Counted from the stretch's first letter, positions 18,044-28,575 are shown. The stretch is DNA of 64,000 bases from Thermodesulfobacteriota bacterium (GCA_965215275.1 OZ244044.1:1088001-1152000), one strand, 5' to 3'. Translations and numbers: made by a program. Notes: generated by a model not told the origin, from the letters alone.

Positions 18044-18144
18044 TAATGAGGTCCTTTCAAAGGTATTGAACTAACCAAGATATTTCCCATCAGAATATTT
18101 GCTGGTTGCTTACGGGAGAAGAAGTGGTATCTCCATAGTTAAAG

Positions 18145-18264
18145 TCCTCTTTTTCTTTTGATCTTCAATGTTCTTATTACCACAAGGTTTTCCACCCGAT
18201 ACAAATATGATACTGTTAAAAACGTCTTTTTTATTCATTTGGCGGAGTTAGCTATATAATTTCC
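18145..18264 (-). repeat. TIR-like end (GGAAATTATATA) plus remnant of the tnpB 3' segment
   Basis: Minus strand reads ...GACGTTTTTAACAGTATCATATTTGTATCGGGTGGAAA...GAACATTGAAGATCAAAAGAAAAAGAGGAC. It translates as DVFNSIIFVSGG, compared with NVLKRGLFFLSGG in TnpB. Confidence 0.6.
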
Positions 18265-18554
18265 TAAATAATGTTTACTGTAAGCTATTCAAGGCAGAAA
18301 TCAGTCCACAAATTACAGTTCCAATTATAAACACGCCTAGCCGGAGTGGAAAATCTTAAACAAATTGTGGAAAAAACATGTTGTAATAGTTTGCAAAGTG
18401 ATAGATTCATCACCTTCTCAACCCCTACATCAAAAACCAAAAACACAATAAAGGTCACTTATAGGAACGAACCTGTTTTTGACATATACCTGATGATCTT
18501 CCTGAAACTAAAAACTTAAATCCTGATATAAACCATCAAGGTCCATTACAACTC

Positions 18555-20117
18555 CTAATGCTTGAAATGCCTCGTTCCTGTAAACACCATGGACATACCG
18601 TGCTCGTCAGCGGAAGCTATGGTCTCCTCGTCCCTGATAGAACCCCCGGGCTGAACGATGGCAGTGATCCCGGCTTTTGCAGCTTCATCGATACCGTCCT
18701 TGAACGGGAAGAAGGCATCCGACGCCAACACGGATCCCTGAACGTCGACCTGTGCTTTCATCGTCGCGATCTTCACAGAGTCCACCCTGTTCATCTGACC
18801 AGCCCCTATACCAACGGTACGACCGTTCTTTGCAAAGATGATCGCATTTGATTTTACGTGTTTACAGACCTTCCAGGCAAACTTCATATCTTCTATCTCC
18901 TGCTCCGTGGGCTTGCGCTTTGAAGCAACGCTCAAACCCTTAAAATCCTGGTCCGACGTTGAATCGCTGTCCTGGATCAGCATACCTCCAACGACTTTCT
19001 TAAAATCAAACTCGGCAGAACTGGAAGCCTTCGACACGGGCACCTGCAATATTCTGACGTTCTTCTTGGACCTGAAGACCTGGAGTGCTTTTTCGTCATA
19101 TCCCGGGGCTATAACCACCTCCACGAACATGTTCCCTATCTCCTGTGCCGTAGGTTCGTCCACTTCCTCGTTGAAGGCGATTATTCCCCCAAACGCACTG
19201 ACGGGATCACATTCCTTGGCTTTGAGGAACGCCTGAAGGAGGACCTGATCGGTCGCCACGCCGCATGGATTGTTATGCTTTACGACCACGCACGCGGTCT
19301 CGCTGAACTCCTTGACCAGTTCAAGAGCAGAGTTGGCATCGTATATATTGTTCAATGAAAGTTCCTTGCCCCAGAGCTGTTTTGCATTCGATACGCAGGA
19401 GTAAGACAAGTCTGATCTTACATAAAAAGCCCCTTCCTGATGCGGATTTTCACCGTATCTGAGGTCCATCTTCTTTTCCAGATGCAGCGTATAGCTTCTC
19501 GGCAGTTTAGAACGCGTCCCATCTTCGTTCAGTACCGACAGGTAATTGGAAATTGCCGCATCGTAGCGGGCAACATAGGAAAATGCCTTCGTGGCAAGTC
19601 TTAAATTGGTCCGGCTGGTAACGGAACCTTCGTTGTTCCTAATCTCCTCTATTATATTTTCATAATCCTTCGGGTCGGTCACAATGGATACGTCTTTATA
19701 GTTCTTGGCAGCCGCCCTGAGCATTGTGGGACCACCAATGTCAATGTTCTCGATCGCCTCTTCCAGCGTAACGCCGTCCTTCTTTATCACCTCTTCAAAA
19801 GGGTAAAGGTTAACGACCACCATATCTATTGGTCTGATATTATTGTCCTTCATCTGTTTCTGATGCTCTTTATTGCTCCGCACCGCAAGGATACCACCGT
19901 GTACCATCGGATGAAGCGTCTTCACCCTGCCGTTCAATATCTCGCTTGAGCGGGTGTATTCAGATATATCTGACACCTTGACCCCGGCATCCCTGATATG
20001 TTTTGCCGTACCGCCCGTTGAAAGTATTTCCACGCCCATTTCATCAAGGCTTTTCGCAAGGTCCGTCACGCCTTCCTTATCGGAAACACTTATTATAACT
20101 CTGTTGATCTTTGCCAT
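18555..20117 (-). CDS. purH: Bifunctional AICAR transformylase/IMP cyclohydrolase
   Basis: [44 protein letters not shown]. Confidence 0.98.
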   Translation of the reverse strand: MAKINRVIISVSDKEGVTDLAKSLDEMGVEILSTGGTAKHIRDAGVKVSDISEYTRSSEILNGRVKTLHPMVHGGILAVRSNKEHQKQMKDNNIRPIDMVVVNLYPFEEVIKKDGVTLEEAIENIDIGGPTMLRAAAKNYKDVSIVTDPKDYENIIEEIRNNEGSVTSRTNLRLATKAFSYVARYDAAISNYLSVLNEDGTRSKLPRSYTLHLEKKMDLRYGENPHQEGAFYVRSDLSYSCVSNAKQLWGKELSLNNIYDANSALELVKEFSETACVVVKHNNPCGVATDQVLLQAFLKAKECDPVSAFGGIIAFNEEVDEPTAQEIGNMFVEVVIAPGYDEKALQVFRSKKNVRILQVPVSKASSSAEFDFKKVVGGMLIQDSDSTSDQDFKGLSVASKRKPTEQEIEDMKFAWKVCKHVKSNAIIFAKNGRTVGIGAGQMNRVDSVKIATMKAQVDVQGSVLASDAFFPFKDGIDEAAKAGITAIVQPGGSIRDEETIASADEHGMSMVFTGTRHFKH

Positions 20118-20282
20118 TTCACGCTCCTTTTTTTTATAAACAGTTAAGATATAACTCAGTTAATCTGATCATCAAATATAAGGCATTTATAAAGCAGGTT
20201 CAAATTAACGCCCCTTTGAGAAAATCATAGTTTAACGTATAATCATCTCAAAGCTATAACTGTAAACGGGCTGGATTAGCTA

Positions 20283-21170
20283 ATGACATCTACGAGAGAT
20301 AAGAGTTCTTTATACATAAAGGTCGGACTGTTCGTCTTTATAACCATAATGATATTCTTCATCGGTATTTTTGTGGTTACCGGAGATAAGAAGTTCTTTG
20401 AAAAAGAGTATTATATAAAAACCCATTTTGAAAACACGTCAGGTCTTCTGCGGGGTGCCTACGTAAGGCTTTCGGGAGTGAAGATCGGTACCGTGCACTC
20501 GATCGATTTTCCAGGCAGTACGAAAGAAAACTTCATTGAGGTCACGCTCAAGGTAAACGAACAGGGAGCAAGACGTATCACCCCCGACTCCAAGGCCGTG
20601 ATCCAGACGGAAGGGCTGCTTGGTGCGAATTACATAGAAATCGTCCGGGGAAAGCTTCCTTCTTTTACCGATATTGACAGGGAAATGGTAATTGAAAGCC
20701 GTACCCCTCCAGAACTTCAGGAACTGATCGGAAGTTCGGATCAGCTGCTTACGAACCTGATAAAGATATCAGAAAATCTGAATAAGGTGTCCGGGATGTT
20801 AAGTGACAGACAGACCATGGATAAATTCAGCAAGACCCTTGATTCTGTCAAAAAAAGTACAGATGAACTCAGCAAGACCCTGTCCGCCATTGAAAAAGGT
20901 GGTGTGCTCCATAAACTGATATACGACGAGAAACTGGCACAAGAACTGACCGCTGTAATGAACGATATCAGCAAGACCTCAAGCAACTTAAAAGACATTT
21001 CAAAAAGCCTGAAAGACGGAGAGGGAACCCTGGGAGCACTTCTGATCGACCCATCCGTTCATGACAGGCTTAAAGGCGTTTTAGGAGAGGCGGAAAGAAG
21101 CAGATTTATAAGAGCTGGCGTTCGGTACCTGATGGAGAAACGTAAAAATGGAACGGACGACAAGCCGTGA
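20283..21170 (+). CDS. MlaD/MCE family protein
   Basis: N-terminal TM, GL..GA.VRLSGVKIGTV, I.TEGLLG..YIEI, coiled-coil C-terminus. Confidence 0.88.
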   Translation: MTSTRDKSSLYIKVGLFVFITIMIFFIGIFVVTGDKKFFEKEYYIKTHFENTSGLLRGAYVRLSGVKIGTVHSIDFPGSTKENFIEVTLKVNEQGARRITPDSKAVIQTEGLLGANYIEIVRGKLPSFTDIDREMVIESRTPPELQELIGSSDQLLTNLIKISENLNKVSGMLSDRQTMDKFSKTLDSVKKSTDELSKTLSAIEKGGVLHKLIYDEKLAQELTAVMNDISKTSSNLKDISKSLKDGEGTLGALLIDPSVHDRLKGVLGEAERSRFIRAGVRYLMEKRKNGTDDKP

Positions 21171-21273
21171 CCCACACGGTTATAAATTTTTATGAATTGA
21201 CACTGTATACGATATCTTGCTACAGTATTCAGTAGATCGTAATAAAAAACCAATTATTAAGGAGGAAGAAAAA

Positions 21274-22059
21274 ATGAGATACTTAAACAGATCTTTAGTT
21301 ATTTTTGCCTTGTCGCTTTCGGTGTTGCTCGTAAGTGCGGCTGCGTCCTCAGCGGGTCACAAAAAACTGCCTGCTCCGCAGCTTGTGACCAACGCCTGGA
21401 TGTTCATTGCGGCCTACAAGGCGGACCCGAAAGCCCTTAAAGAACTCCTGCCACCAGGACTTGAACCAAGTCCGGACGGACAGGTGGTGATAAATATGTA
21501 CACCGTGCCGAAAGCGGATCAGACCTCGGGGTTCGGTTCATACACCCTGACCTATTTAACCATTGAACTGAAGGATCAGAACTCCTACGTCATGAATTCG
21601 GACATAACCTATCCCGGACGTTATTTCGTTCATTATTTCAACAGTTCCAAGGCTATGAGAAAGTTTACAAAAAAGATAGGTATTCCGGCACGAAAAGGTA
21701 AGACCACTACCGTGGTCAAAAACGGCAGGCTAACGGCAAAATTGACCGTCAAGGGAAAGCCTTTCATTGTGGCCAAGGCTGACGTGGGAAGCAAGCTCAG
21801 CCCCCCTAGCGGCGGACATCTGAACTACTTCGGTCTTCGCAAGGCACGCAGGATCGGAACGTCTAAAAGTAAGGTGGTAAAATATCCCATTCCCTTTGTC
21901 GGACGGGTTGCCCAGGTCTCCAATGCCAGGATAGAGTTCAAGGCACCCAAGAAACATCCGATATGGAAGATACAACCCACGGACCCATCTCCCGTCTGGG
22001 CAGTGTGGATGAAGGGAAGTTTCGTCTATCCTCAATATCAGGTCATAAAAGAGTTCTGA
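21274..22059 (+). CDS. Secreted protein with acetoacetate decarboxylase-like fold
   Basis: SD AAGGAGG before ATG 21274, signal peptide, YKADP.AL..LLPPGLEP, GSY and YPGRY motifs. Confidence 0.6.
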   Translation: MRYLNRSLVIFALSLSVLLVSAAASSAGHKKLPAPQLVTNAWMFIAAYKADPKALKELLPPGLEPSPDGQVVINMYTVPKADQTSGFGSYTLTYLTIELKDQNSYVMNSDITYPGRYFVHYFNSSKAMRKFTKKIGIPARKGKTTTVVKNGRLTAKLTVKGKPFIVAKADVGSKLSPPSGGHLNYFGLRKARRIGTSKSKVVKYPIPFVGRVAQVSNARIEFKAPKKHPIWKIQPTDPSPVWAVWMKGSFVYPQYQVIKEF

Positions 22060-22085
22060 CCCTGATACTATAAGCGTGATCTGCC

Positions 22086-22117
22086 AAAAGGCAGGTATTT
22101 TAAAGTACCTGCCTTTT
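22086..22117. terminator. Bidirectional intrinsic terminator
   Basis: AAAAGGCAGGTA-loop-TACCTGCCTTTT between convergent genes. Confidence 0.8.
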
Positions 22118-22170
22118 CTCTAATATCTTCACTTTTAAAGCTGAAACGAACCAGGACTTACCGGAAAAGT

Positions 22171-24471
22171 TCAGACCGTGGGGCTTGAACCGCTGTTCTC
22201 ACCCTGTTTATCCTTTCTGCCGTAACTGAGAACGTCCATAGGGCACACGGTAACGCATATTCCACAACCGATACAGGAGCTTGTCGTATTATCAAGCGTT
22301 TTTTGCTTTAACGCATAGTTCATCACGTCAATGCCCACCTGGCAGTTCCTTGAGCATTCATTACACGCAATACACTTATTGTTCGCCTCTATTTTGAACT
22401 TACCTATTCCCAGTCTGGCAAAAAGTTGTGATTCCCACTGCATCAACTTTGCCAGCGGACACCAATAGCGACACCATACCTTACCTCCTAAAAACGGATA
22501 GAGGGTAACGGGCAGTATCCCCACCAGCCAGACATCCACCATTATTCTGTAAATATTGACCGACCAGTCCGCAGGGTTCCTGAATATCTCAATGGTGTTC
22601 CTGGAAATAAAGATAACGGTAACGACCGCGGCAAATATAAGCACCGCGGTATTCATCCATTCCCAGCTGATGGACCTTTTGCCTTTTGGCGCAAGATGTC
22701 TCCAGCGGTCCCCGAACGTTTCGGCCAAACCTCCGCATCCGCATATCCAGGAACAGTACCGCTTGCCATTGAATATCACGAACACGGGGATCACGACAAA
22801 GGTCAGTAATATACCCCAGATCACCCATATCTTGTTCGGGTCGTAAAAGAACGTATAGAAGAACAGGGGCCACGCATAAACGATCCCATAAGACCGCCAC
22901 CCCTGTTCAGCGAACGACGGGTCGCTCGCAAGCTGCTGTCCTACCCACTGGTAATTGATCGCCCATTGAAAGAGAAATTCAGGAACAATGAAGAAAAATA
23001 TCCATTGAAAGCTCAGCAGGCTCGCGTATCGCCATATCTGGTATTTATCCTTTCTGTCAAGTCCCCACCTTTTAAGTGCCTGTATTCCAAAAATGGTCAT
23101 GAGCGCGGTATACATGACCGTATACCAGAACGACCAGGGTCTGTCCGCAAAGGACAGTAATTTATATCCCCAGTCCTTATACGGCCAGAACTCCTGTCCT
23201 TCACCCACCTTGACGCCGTAGATCGTGTACCATACCAGAAAAGATATCCCCAGCCATGAATAACGGTCTCCCTTGATCCCCATCTTTACAAGGACCGCAA
23301 GGGGAACAGCTGCAACCCCAAGCCCCAGCAGACTCGGTATGCTGGTCAGGTCGTTCCCGAACAGCACCGCGTGTCCGCCAAACAACCACAGTCCGAACAT
23401 CGTCAGGAGCGTAAGCGTAAGGGAGTGCAACAAGCTGCCGTTCCATTCGTTCTCGAGTTTAATTCCAAGTGATTTTAAAAACCTCTTTGGAATATCGGCA
23501 CCGATCAGTACGAACGCGTGATCGTAAGGGACGTTCTCTGTCTGTTCATGTCCGCCCTTATCAACGGAAAGAACGGCTTCTGTTCTTCCAAACTCCTTTA
23601 CGGTGGAATTCAGTATCAACTTTACCCTTCCTGACGCGATCTTTTCGTTCAGTAATCTCTCATTGTCTTTAAATATCCGTGAGAACTCACCTTTTCTGTA
23701 TGAAAGATATACCGTATTAAGTTCGCTGAGGGTTATGGCTGCCTCGACCGCGCTGTTACCGCCACCAACTATCAGAACGTTCTCACCGCTGTATTCTTTC
23801 GGACTGTAAAGCTGATGGTAAACCTGCTCCATCTCTTCCCCGGGTACATTGAGCTTTCTTGGATTACCCCGCATTCCGGTCGCAAGGATAACTCTTCTGG
23901 CCTGATAACTGGACCTGGGGGTCTTTACCTCAAATACATCACCGTATCTTTCTATACTCTCAAGGGGTTCCGCCAATCGCACGTCAATACCGTTGGAGTC
24001 TATTATATCGTTCCACCTCCTGACGAGGTCTTCCTTTTGTGCACCATCAAGCCAGAGCTTGCCTTTTGAAGGAACCTTGTCAGGTTCGGCGTATACCCAC
24101 TTGCCTTCAGGAAAATTCTCTATCGTGTTGGCTATCTTGCCCTTTTCCAGAACTATACAGCTAAGCCCCAGGTCCTGAGCGGTCAAAGCGGCGTTCAATC
24201 CAGCCGCCCCTGCCCCAACTATCACAATATCAAAAACCCCCTTACGGTCATATTTCGCATCGGGTAAGGAGGCTATGTGATTTACAACGTTAAACCCCTG
24301 CTCCATTGCCAGTTTTATTACAGGTGCTCCAGCCAGGTCGCCAATTATATAGATCCCGTCAATGTTGCTCTCAAAGTTCCTGTTTATCCGCGGCCGCTGC
24401 CTCTCTCCCGTGCCGGTGATCAGTATCGCTTCTGCTTTGGATTCTATGAAATGCGTTACTCTGTTGATCAT
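22171..24471 (-). CDS. FAD/NAD(P) oxidoreductase (TrxR/YpdA-like) fused to membrane 4Fe-4S (NapH/YccM-like) domain
   Basis: GAGAAG, GGGNSA, several TM helices, RYCSWICGCG, WCRYWCP, two CxxCxxCxxxC motifs. Confidence 0.8.
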   Translation of the reverse strand: MINRVTHFIESKAEAILITGTGERQRPRINRNFESNIDGIYIIGDLAGAPVIKLAMEQGFNVVNHIASLPDAKYDRKGVFDIVIVGAGAAGLNAALTAQDLGLSCIVLEKGKIANTIENFPEGKWVYAEPDKVPSKGKLWLDGAQKEDLVRRWNDIIDSNGIDVRLAEPLESIERYGDVFEVKTPRSSYQARRVILATGMRGNPRKLNVPGEEMEQVYHQLYSPKEYSGENVLIVGGGNSAVEAAITLSELNTVYLSYRKGEFSRIFKDNERLLNEKIASGRVKLILNSTVKEFGRTEAVLSVDKGGHEQTENVPYDHAFVLIGADIPKRFLKSLGIKLENEWNGSLLHSLTLTLLTMFGLWLFGGHAVLFGNDLTSIPSLLGLGVAAVPLAVLVKMGIKGDRYSWLGISFLVWYTIYGVKVGEGQEFWPYKDWGYKLLSFADRPWSFWYTVMYTALMTIFGIQALKRWGLDRKDKYQIWRYASLLSFQWIFFFIVPEFLFQWAINYQWVGQQLASDPSFAEQGWRSYGIVYAWPLFFYTFFYDPNKIWVIWGILLTFVVIPVFVIFNGKRYCSWICGCGGLAETFGDRWRHLAPKGKRSISWEWMNTAVLIFAAVVTVIFISRNTIEIFRNPADWSVNIYRIMVDVWLVGILPVTLYPFLGGKVWCRYWCPLAKLMQWESQLFARLGIGKFKIEANNKCIACNECSRNCQVGIDVMNYALKQKTLDNTTSSCIGCGICVTVCPMDVLSYGRKDKQGENSGSSPTV

Positions 24472-24501
24472 TGTTGTGATCCTCCTGCCTCTTCAGCTAA
24501 C

Positions 24502-25179
24502 TCACAGCCTCTCGATCTCAGAGGTCGTGCAGGGACTTAACACAGTACTGCAGCCTGAACAGTTCTTTGCCGAAGGATGGTTCTGATGTCCGCAGCTTCG
24601 GCAGACGTTCGGTTCCATGGTCAGAGGGACCTTTTCAAGTCCCCTGGGAATTTCGCCGTGGGCTTCTGACCTTTTAACGGCAACGACAATGTACCCAAAT
24701 ATATTAAGAAAAAACCCTGAAAAGAACCATGGAATTGGCTTCAGACCTTTCTCAACCGCGCAGTGAGAGGTTATTGCTCCAAAAACCAGACCTATAAGAA
24801 CGTAAATACCAAAAACAAACCATCCCATTGAAAGCCGTTCAGATAACGTTATATCTTCCGTGAATAACGCTCCTTTGGGTTCGAACTTTGAAAAATACTT
24901 ATCTCTGCTGTCTAAAAATATGCTTAAGGCTTCTTTCTTCATAGGAACCCTCCTTCCTTTGACCAGAAGAACTATATCGTCGTGATCCAGGGACAGACCT
25001 GACACTACACAGCGGTCCCCGGAGTGTACTTCAACAACAGGGTAGGGATTTTCAACACAGCTGGCCTTTTGAGGATGATAAAGAAATAAAGAACAGAACA
25101 CTAAAAGAAATACACCTGTCAGGAAACAGTTATTAAAACTTATAACATCAGACGGCATTGTTATCCCTTCTCTCATCAT
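24502..25179 (-). CDS. Membrane protein with C-terminal zinc ribbon
   Basis: Signal or TM segments, CRSC..CSGC; start overlaps into the oxidoreductase operon arrangement. Confidence 0.65.
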   Translation of the reverse strand: MMREGITMPSDVISFNNCFLTGVFLLVFCSLFLYHPQKASCVENPYPVVEVHSGDRCVVSGLSLDHDDIVLLVKGRRVPMKKEALSIFLDSRDKYFSKFEPKGALFTEDITLSERLSMGWFVFGIYVLIGLVFGAITSHCAVEKGLKPIPWFFSGFFLNIFGYIVVAVKRSEAHGEIPRGLEKVPLTMEPNVCRSCGHQNHPSAKNCSGCSTVLSPCTTSEIERL

Positions 25180-25263
25180 ACTGATTATAATTATATCAGC
25201 ATAAAGATTTACTTACATTTTTCGTTTTCTATAATTAGTTCCCCATATTGAGTATAATACAGA

Positions 25264-25788
25264 GAAAATTATATAATTCAGCAACGAAAGCGAGCAAAGA
25301 ACCTGATAGCACTATAAGTTTTGGTAATAATATATAGCAATATGTTAAACAAACAAGAACATACAGCTGAAATGAAAACTGATCGCAGAAAGGCTTGTCC
25401 GTACAGCTCAGCTTACAAGAGGTCAGACGGGTGTTTAAAATAACCTGTTTTTATAACCGTGCTTTACAAAAAATGAAGTTCACAGAATAACAAACAGTAT
25501 GATCAGACAGAGTAACAGCATGGTAATGGAAGATCTGCAGGCAGATAAGATGATTAAAAACGGACCTTTATCTGAAAGAGCATTTAACTGTGGTGATTCT
25601 GAAGATAAAGACATAAATGCCGATATAAATATCCTTAACGGGTATTTATCTGTATCGGGTGGGACAACTGAAGAACAGCTGCCGGCAGGTTCCAAGGATA
25701 TAATGGGTCAAAAGAAAACGGGGACAGAGCAGTCCTGCGATCAAAACAGTATAATCAGTTGCTGCGGGTAAAACTGATCGTATATCCC
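25264..25788 (+). mobile_element. Internally deleted, degenerate tnpB element (MITE-like)
   Basis: Left end resembles 6941-7021. Residual VMEDLQADKM and DINADINIL...SGG motifs; 3' segment matches 8371-8468. Confidence 0.75.
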
Positions 25789-25915
25789 TACAATATTGCA
25801 TCTATGCAGGACACACGGGTGAAAGAAAAACAATAAGAACAGGTAACAGCATCCTTATCACGGTTGACTATAATCACGCGTTTTTAAACTTAAGACTTCT
25901 TTTGAGATAACTCTA

Positions 25916-26926
25916 TTGACCATTTTTACAGCAGTTGCGATCATATTATCGGTTTTTCTCGCATTGAACATCGGAGCCAATAATTCGGCTGCCTCAATGG
26001 CTACATCCTACGGGGCCGGGGTAAGGTCCAAAAGACAGGCCGTTATACTGATCGCGATATTCGCACTGCTTGGAGCCGTAGTTGCAGGTGCACCGGTAGT
26101 GCAGACGATCGGTAAGGGAATAGTCTCCACCGAAGTCCTGACCGCTAACTCGATCCTGATCCTGATCGTGCTTCTGGTAGCAATTATATTCACTACGTGG
26201 GCAAACGTCGTGAAAACCCCCATTGCCACAACCCATGCGATCGTTTGTGCACTTGTGGGAGTGGGCCTTTATGCAAATTCTCTGAATGAAGAGAAATTCC
26301 TCTACATCGTTGCCTGGTGGGTCCTGTGTCCCATTGTAGCTTTTTTAATTAATTTCCTTGTGGCAAAATTTTTCTATTTCAAAATAGTTCAGTACCTTGC
26401 AAACAATTTTGCCGAGAAGAAAGTCAATACGATACTCACGGTCTTTGTAACGATATCGGGAGTGTTCCTTGCCTTTTCAGGCGGGGCCAACAACTCCGCA
26501 AACGCCGTGGGACCACTGGTGGGACTCGGTCTGGTAACCTCTTCGGACGGTGCTATACTGGCGGGATTTGCAATGAGCATCGGGGCTCTGCTCCTGGGAG
26601 GAAGAGTACTTGAGACCGTCGGAAAGGAAATTACCGAAATATGTCTTACAAGGGCAATTTCAGTGGAATTTACCGGGGCAACTATAATCCTTATTTCGTC
26701 ACTTGCAGGAATTCCCGTCTCAATAGCTGAAATAATAACTTCCGGTATAATAGGTTTTTCATGTGCACAGCATGGATTTGGGGTCACAGCTAAGAACAGA
26801 CACGTTATGAAGATCGGATTTTTCTGGGTGGTAACTCCCTTTTTAGCTATCATATTAAGTTATGCCATGTCATTGTTATACTTTGACTACGGACTTGCAG
26901 AAGCTATCAATCTGGGACTCCCTTAG
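25916..26926 (+). CDS. PiT-family anion permease (phosphate or sulfate, CysP-like)
   Basis: Two GANN motifs, G.RVLETVGKEIT, GIPVS; directly upstream of cysH. Confidence 0.85.
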   Translation: MTIFTAVAIILSVFLALNIGANNSAASMATSYGAGVRSKRQAVILIAIFALLGAVVAGAPVVQTIGKGIVSTEVLTANSILILIVLLVAIIFTTWANVVKTPIATTHAIVCALVGVGLYANSLNEEKFLYIVAWWVLCPIVAFLINFLVAKFFYFKIVQYLANNFAEKKVNTILTVFVTISGVFLAFSGGANNSANAVGPLVGLGLVTSSDGAILAGFAMSIGALLLGGRVLETVGKEITEICLTRAISVEFTGATIILISSLAGIPVSIAEIITSGIIGFSCAQHGFGVTAKNRHVMKIGFFWVVTPFLAIILSYAMSLLYFDYGLAEAINLGLP

Positions 26927-26940
26927 GCTGGATTAAAACA

Positions 26941-27666
26941 ATGGAACTGAACACAGAACACGTCAGACATTTGAACGACAGGTTTGCCAAAAGATCCCCT
27001 GAGAGCATTTTAAGCTGGTGTATTGACGAACTCCACCCCAAGGTTGCCCTTGCAACGAGTTTCCAGTCGCAGGGGATGGTACTTATCGACATGCTCATGA
27101 AAATAAACAAAGAAGCAAGGATATGCACAGTTGATACCGGAAGACTTAACCAGGAAACCTACAACATCATTGACGAGGTCAGAATTAAATACGGCACGGA
27201 CATAGAGGTGATCTTTCCCGATTATAACGAAGTGGAAAAAATGGTAAGTGAAAAAGGGATAAATCTTTTTTATAAAGGTATGGAGAACAGGCTTCTCTGC
27301 TGCAGGATCAGAAAAACCAATCCCATTAACAGATATCTTGAATCTCTTGACGGATGGATAACCGCGATCAGAGGAGAGCAGTCGGTTTCAAGGGCAAATA
27401 CCCAGAAATTCGAAATCGACACCATACATCATAACATGCTGAAAATTAATCCACTCGTGGAATGGACCGAGGAGATGATCTGGGACTATATTAAATCCAA
27501 TAACCTGCCTTATAACAAACTCTATGACAGGGGTTACAGAAGTATAGGATGTGAACCTTGTACAAGAGCGGTAAAAAAAGGAGAAGACGCCCGAGGTGGC
27601 AGATGGTGGTGGGAATCGGATTCCATCAAAGAATGCGGTATTCACTTTGATTACAACCAAGATTAG
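26941..27666 (+). CDS. cysH: Adenylyl-sulfate (APS/PAPS) reductase
   Basis: DTGRL, CCRIRK, GYRSIGCEPCT, RGGRWWWE...KECGIH. Confidence 0.93.
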   Translation: MELNTEHVRHLNDRFAKRSPESILSWCIDELHPKVALATSFQSQGMVLIDMLMKINKEARICTVDTGRLNQETYNIIDEVRIKYGTDIEVIFPDYNEVEKMVSEKGINLFYKGMENRLLCCRIRKTNPINRYLESLDGWITAIRGEQSVSRANTQKFEIDTIHHNMLKINPLVEWTEEMIWDYIKSNNLPYNKLYDRGYRSIGCEPCTRAVKKGEDARGGRWWWESDSIKECGIHFDYNQD

Positions 27667-27711
27667 CCATTGGTCTATTTCAGATATTTAATGTAGACTG
27701 GGATACCTATT

Positions 27712-28293
27712 ATGAGCTTTGCTGAAAGTACAGCTATAGCCGGTGCGTTCTGGTCCCACTCTCCCGTTGTAGTTATAACAAGCAAGCACGACAAGGAGAT
27801 AAACGGACAGGTTGCCGTAACCGTCGTGACGTCATCGATCGTTAACAGTATACCGAGGCTCATTGTGGGTATATGGAAAGGAAATTATACCCACGGCTTT
27901 ATCTACAACAGTAAAAAGCTTAATATACACCTGCTAAGGCAGCAGCAGTTCGACCTTGTAAGGAATTTTGGATTCTACACGGGGAGAGAGGTGGAAAAAT
28001 TCAAAAGCATCGACTACGGATCTGGCAACAACGGCTGCCCTGTTCTGGAAAACGTTCATTCATACATGGAGTGTGAAGTGCTTAATGCAATGGATGGTGG
28101 CGATATGACAGCGTTTCTGGTCAGCGTGACGGATGGAAAGATATTTAACGATGATAACTGGATGACGCTGAGCGATTTTTATAACCTCGCACCCCAGGAA
28201 TGGATCGAAGAATACGGCAGGAAACTGGCACGGTCCGTACAGCATTCATTACCAATAATACACAACATCAATTACAATCCGTTCAAAATTTAA
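27712..28293 (+). CDS. Flavin reductase-like protein
   Basis: PVVVITS....NG, NFGFYTGR..EKF, GCPVL, YMECEV. Confidence 0.8.
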   Translation: MSFAESTAIAGAFWSHSPVVVITSKHDKEINGQVAVTVVTSSIVNSIPRLIVGIWKGNYTHGFIYNSKKLNIHLLRQQQFDLVRNFGFYTGREVEKFKSIDYGSGNNGCPVLENVHSYMECEVLNAMDGGDMTAFLVSVTDGKIFNDDNWMTLSDFYNLAPQEWIEEYGRKLARSVQHSLPIIHNINYNPFKI

Positions 28294-28528
28294 AAATAGA
28301 GCTTAAAAACCTCTAAAAACTAAATGCTCCGTAGAAAACTTATAGGTAAAAGTGGATATTAAACTGTCAATATATGGCTGTAAGAACGGAAATAGTCACT
28401 ATATATAGTAGTTTCTTACGTTTTTTAAAAAATTAAGTTAAAAATTTAATTTTCTCTTGACTTTTTGCTAAAACTGATTTATTTTTATAGTGAACATAAA
28501 CAACATCATCCTTAATCCTCCTTTAACT

Positions 28529-28575
28529 AAACGGGAGCGTTTTCCGCTGTTCTCACTTTTAAAACGCTCCCGTTT
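28529..28575. terminator. 15-bp perfect hairpin (terminator or sRNA 3' end)
   Basis: AAACGGGAGCGTTTT-17 nt-AAAACGCTCCCGTTT. Confidence 0.7.

Noticed and set aside
18270..18550. Replication origin (TTTTCCACA on the minus strand near 18366-18374)
   Set aside because: Only one good DnaA box, with no cluster or dnaA context.
25499..25771. 90-aa ORF as a functional gene
   Set aside because: It is a patchwork of tnpB relic motifs within the deleted element.
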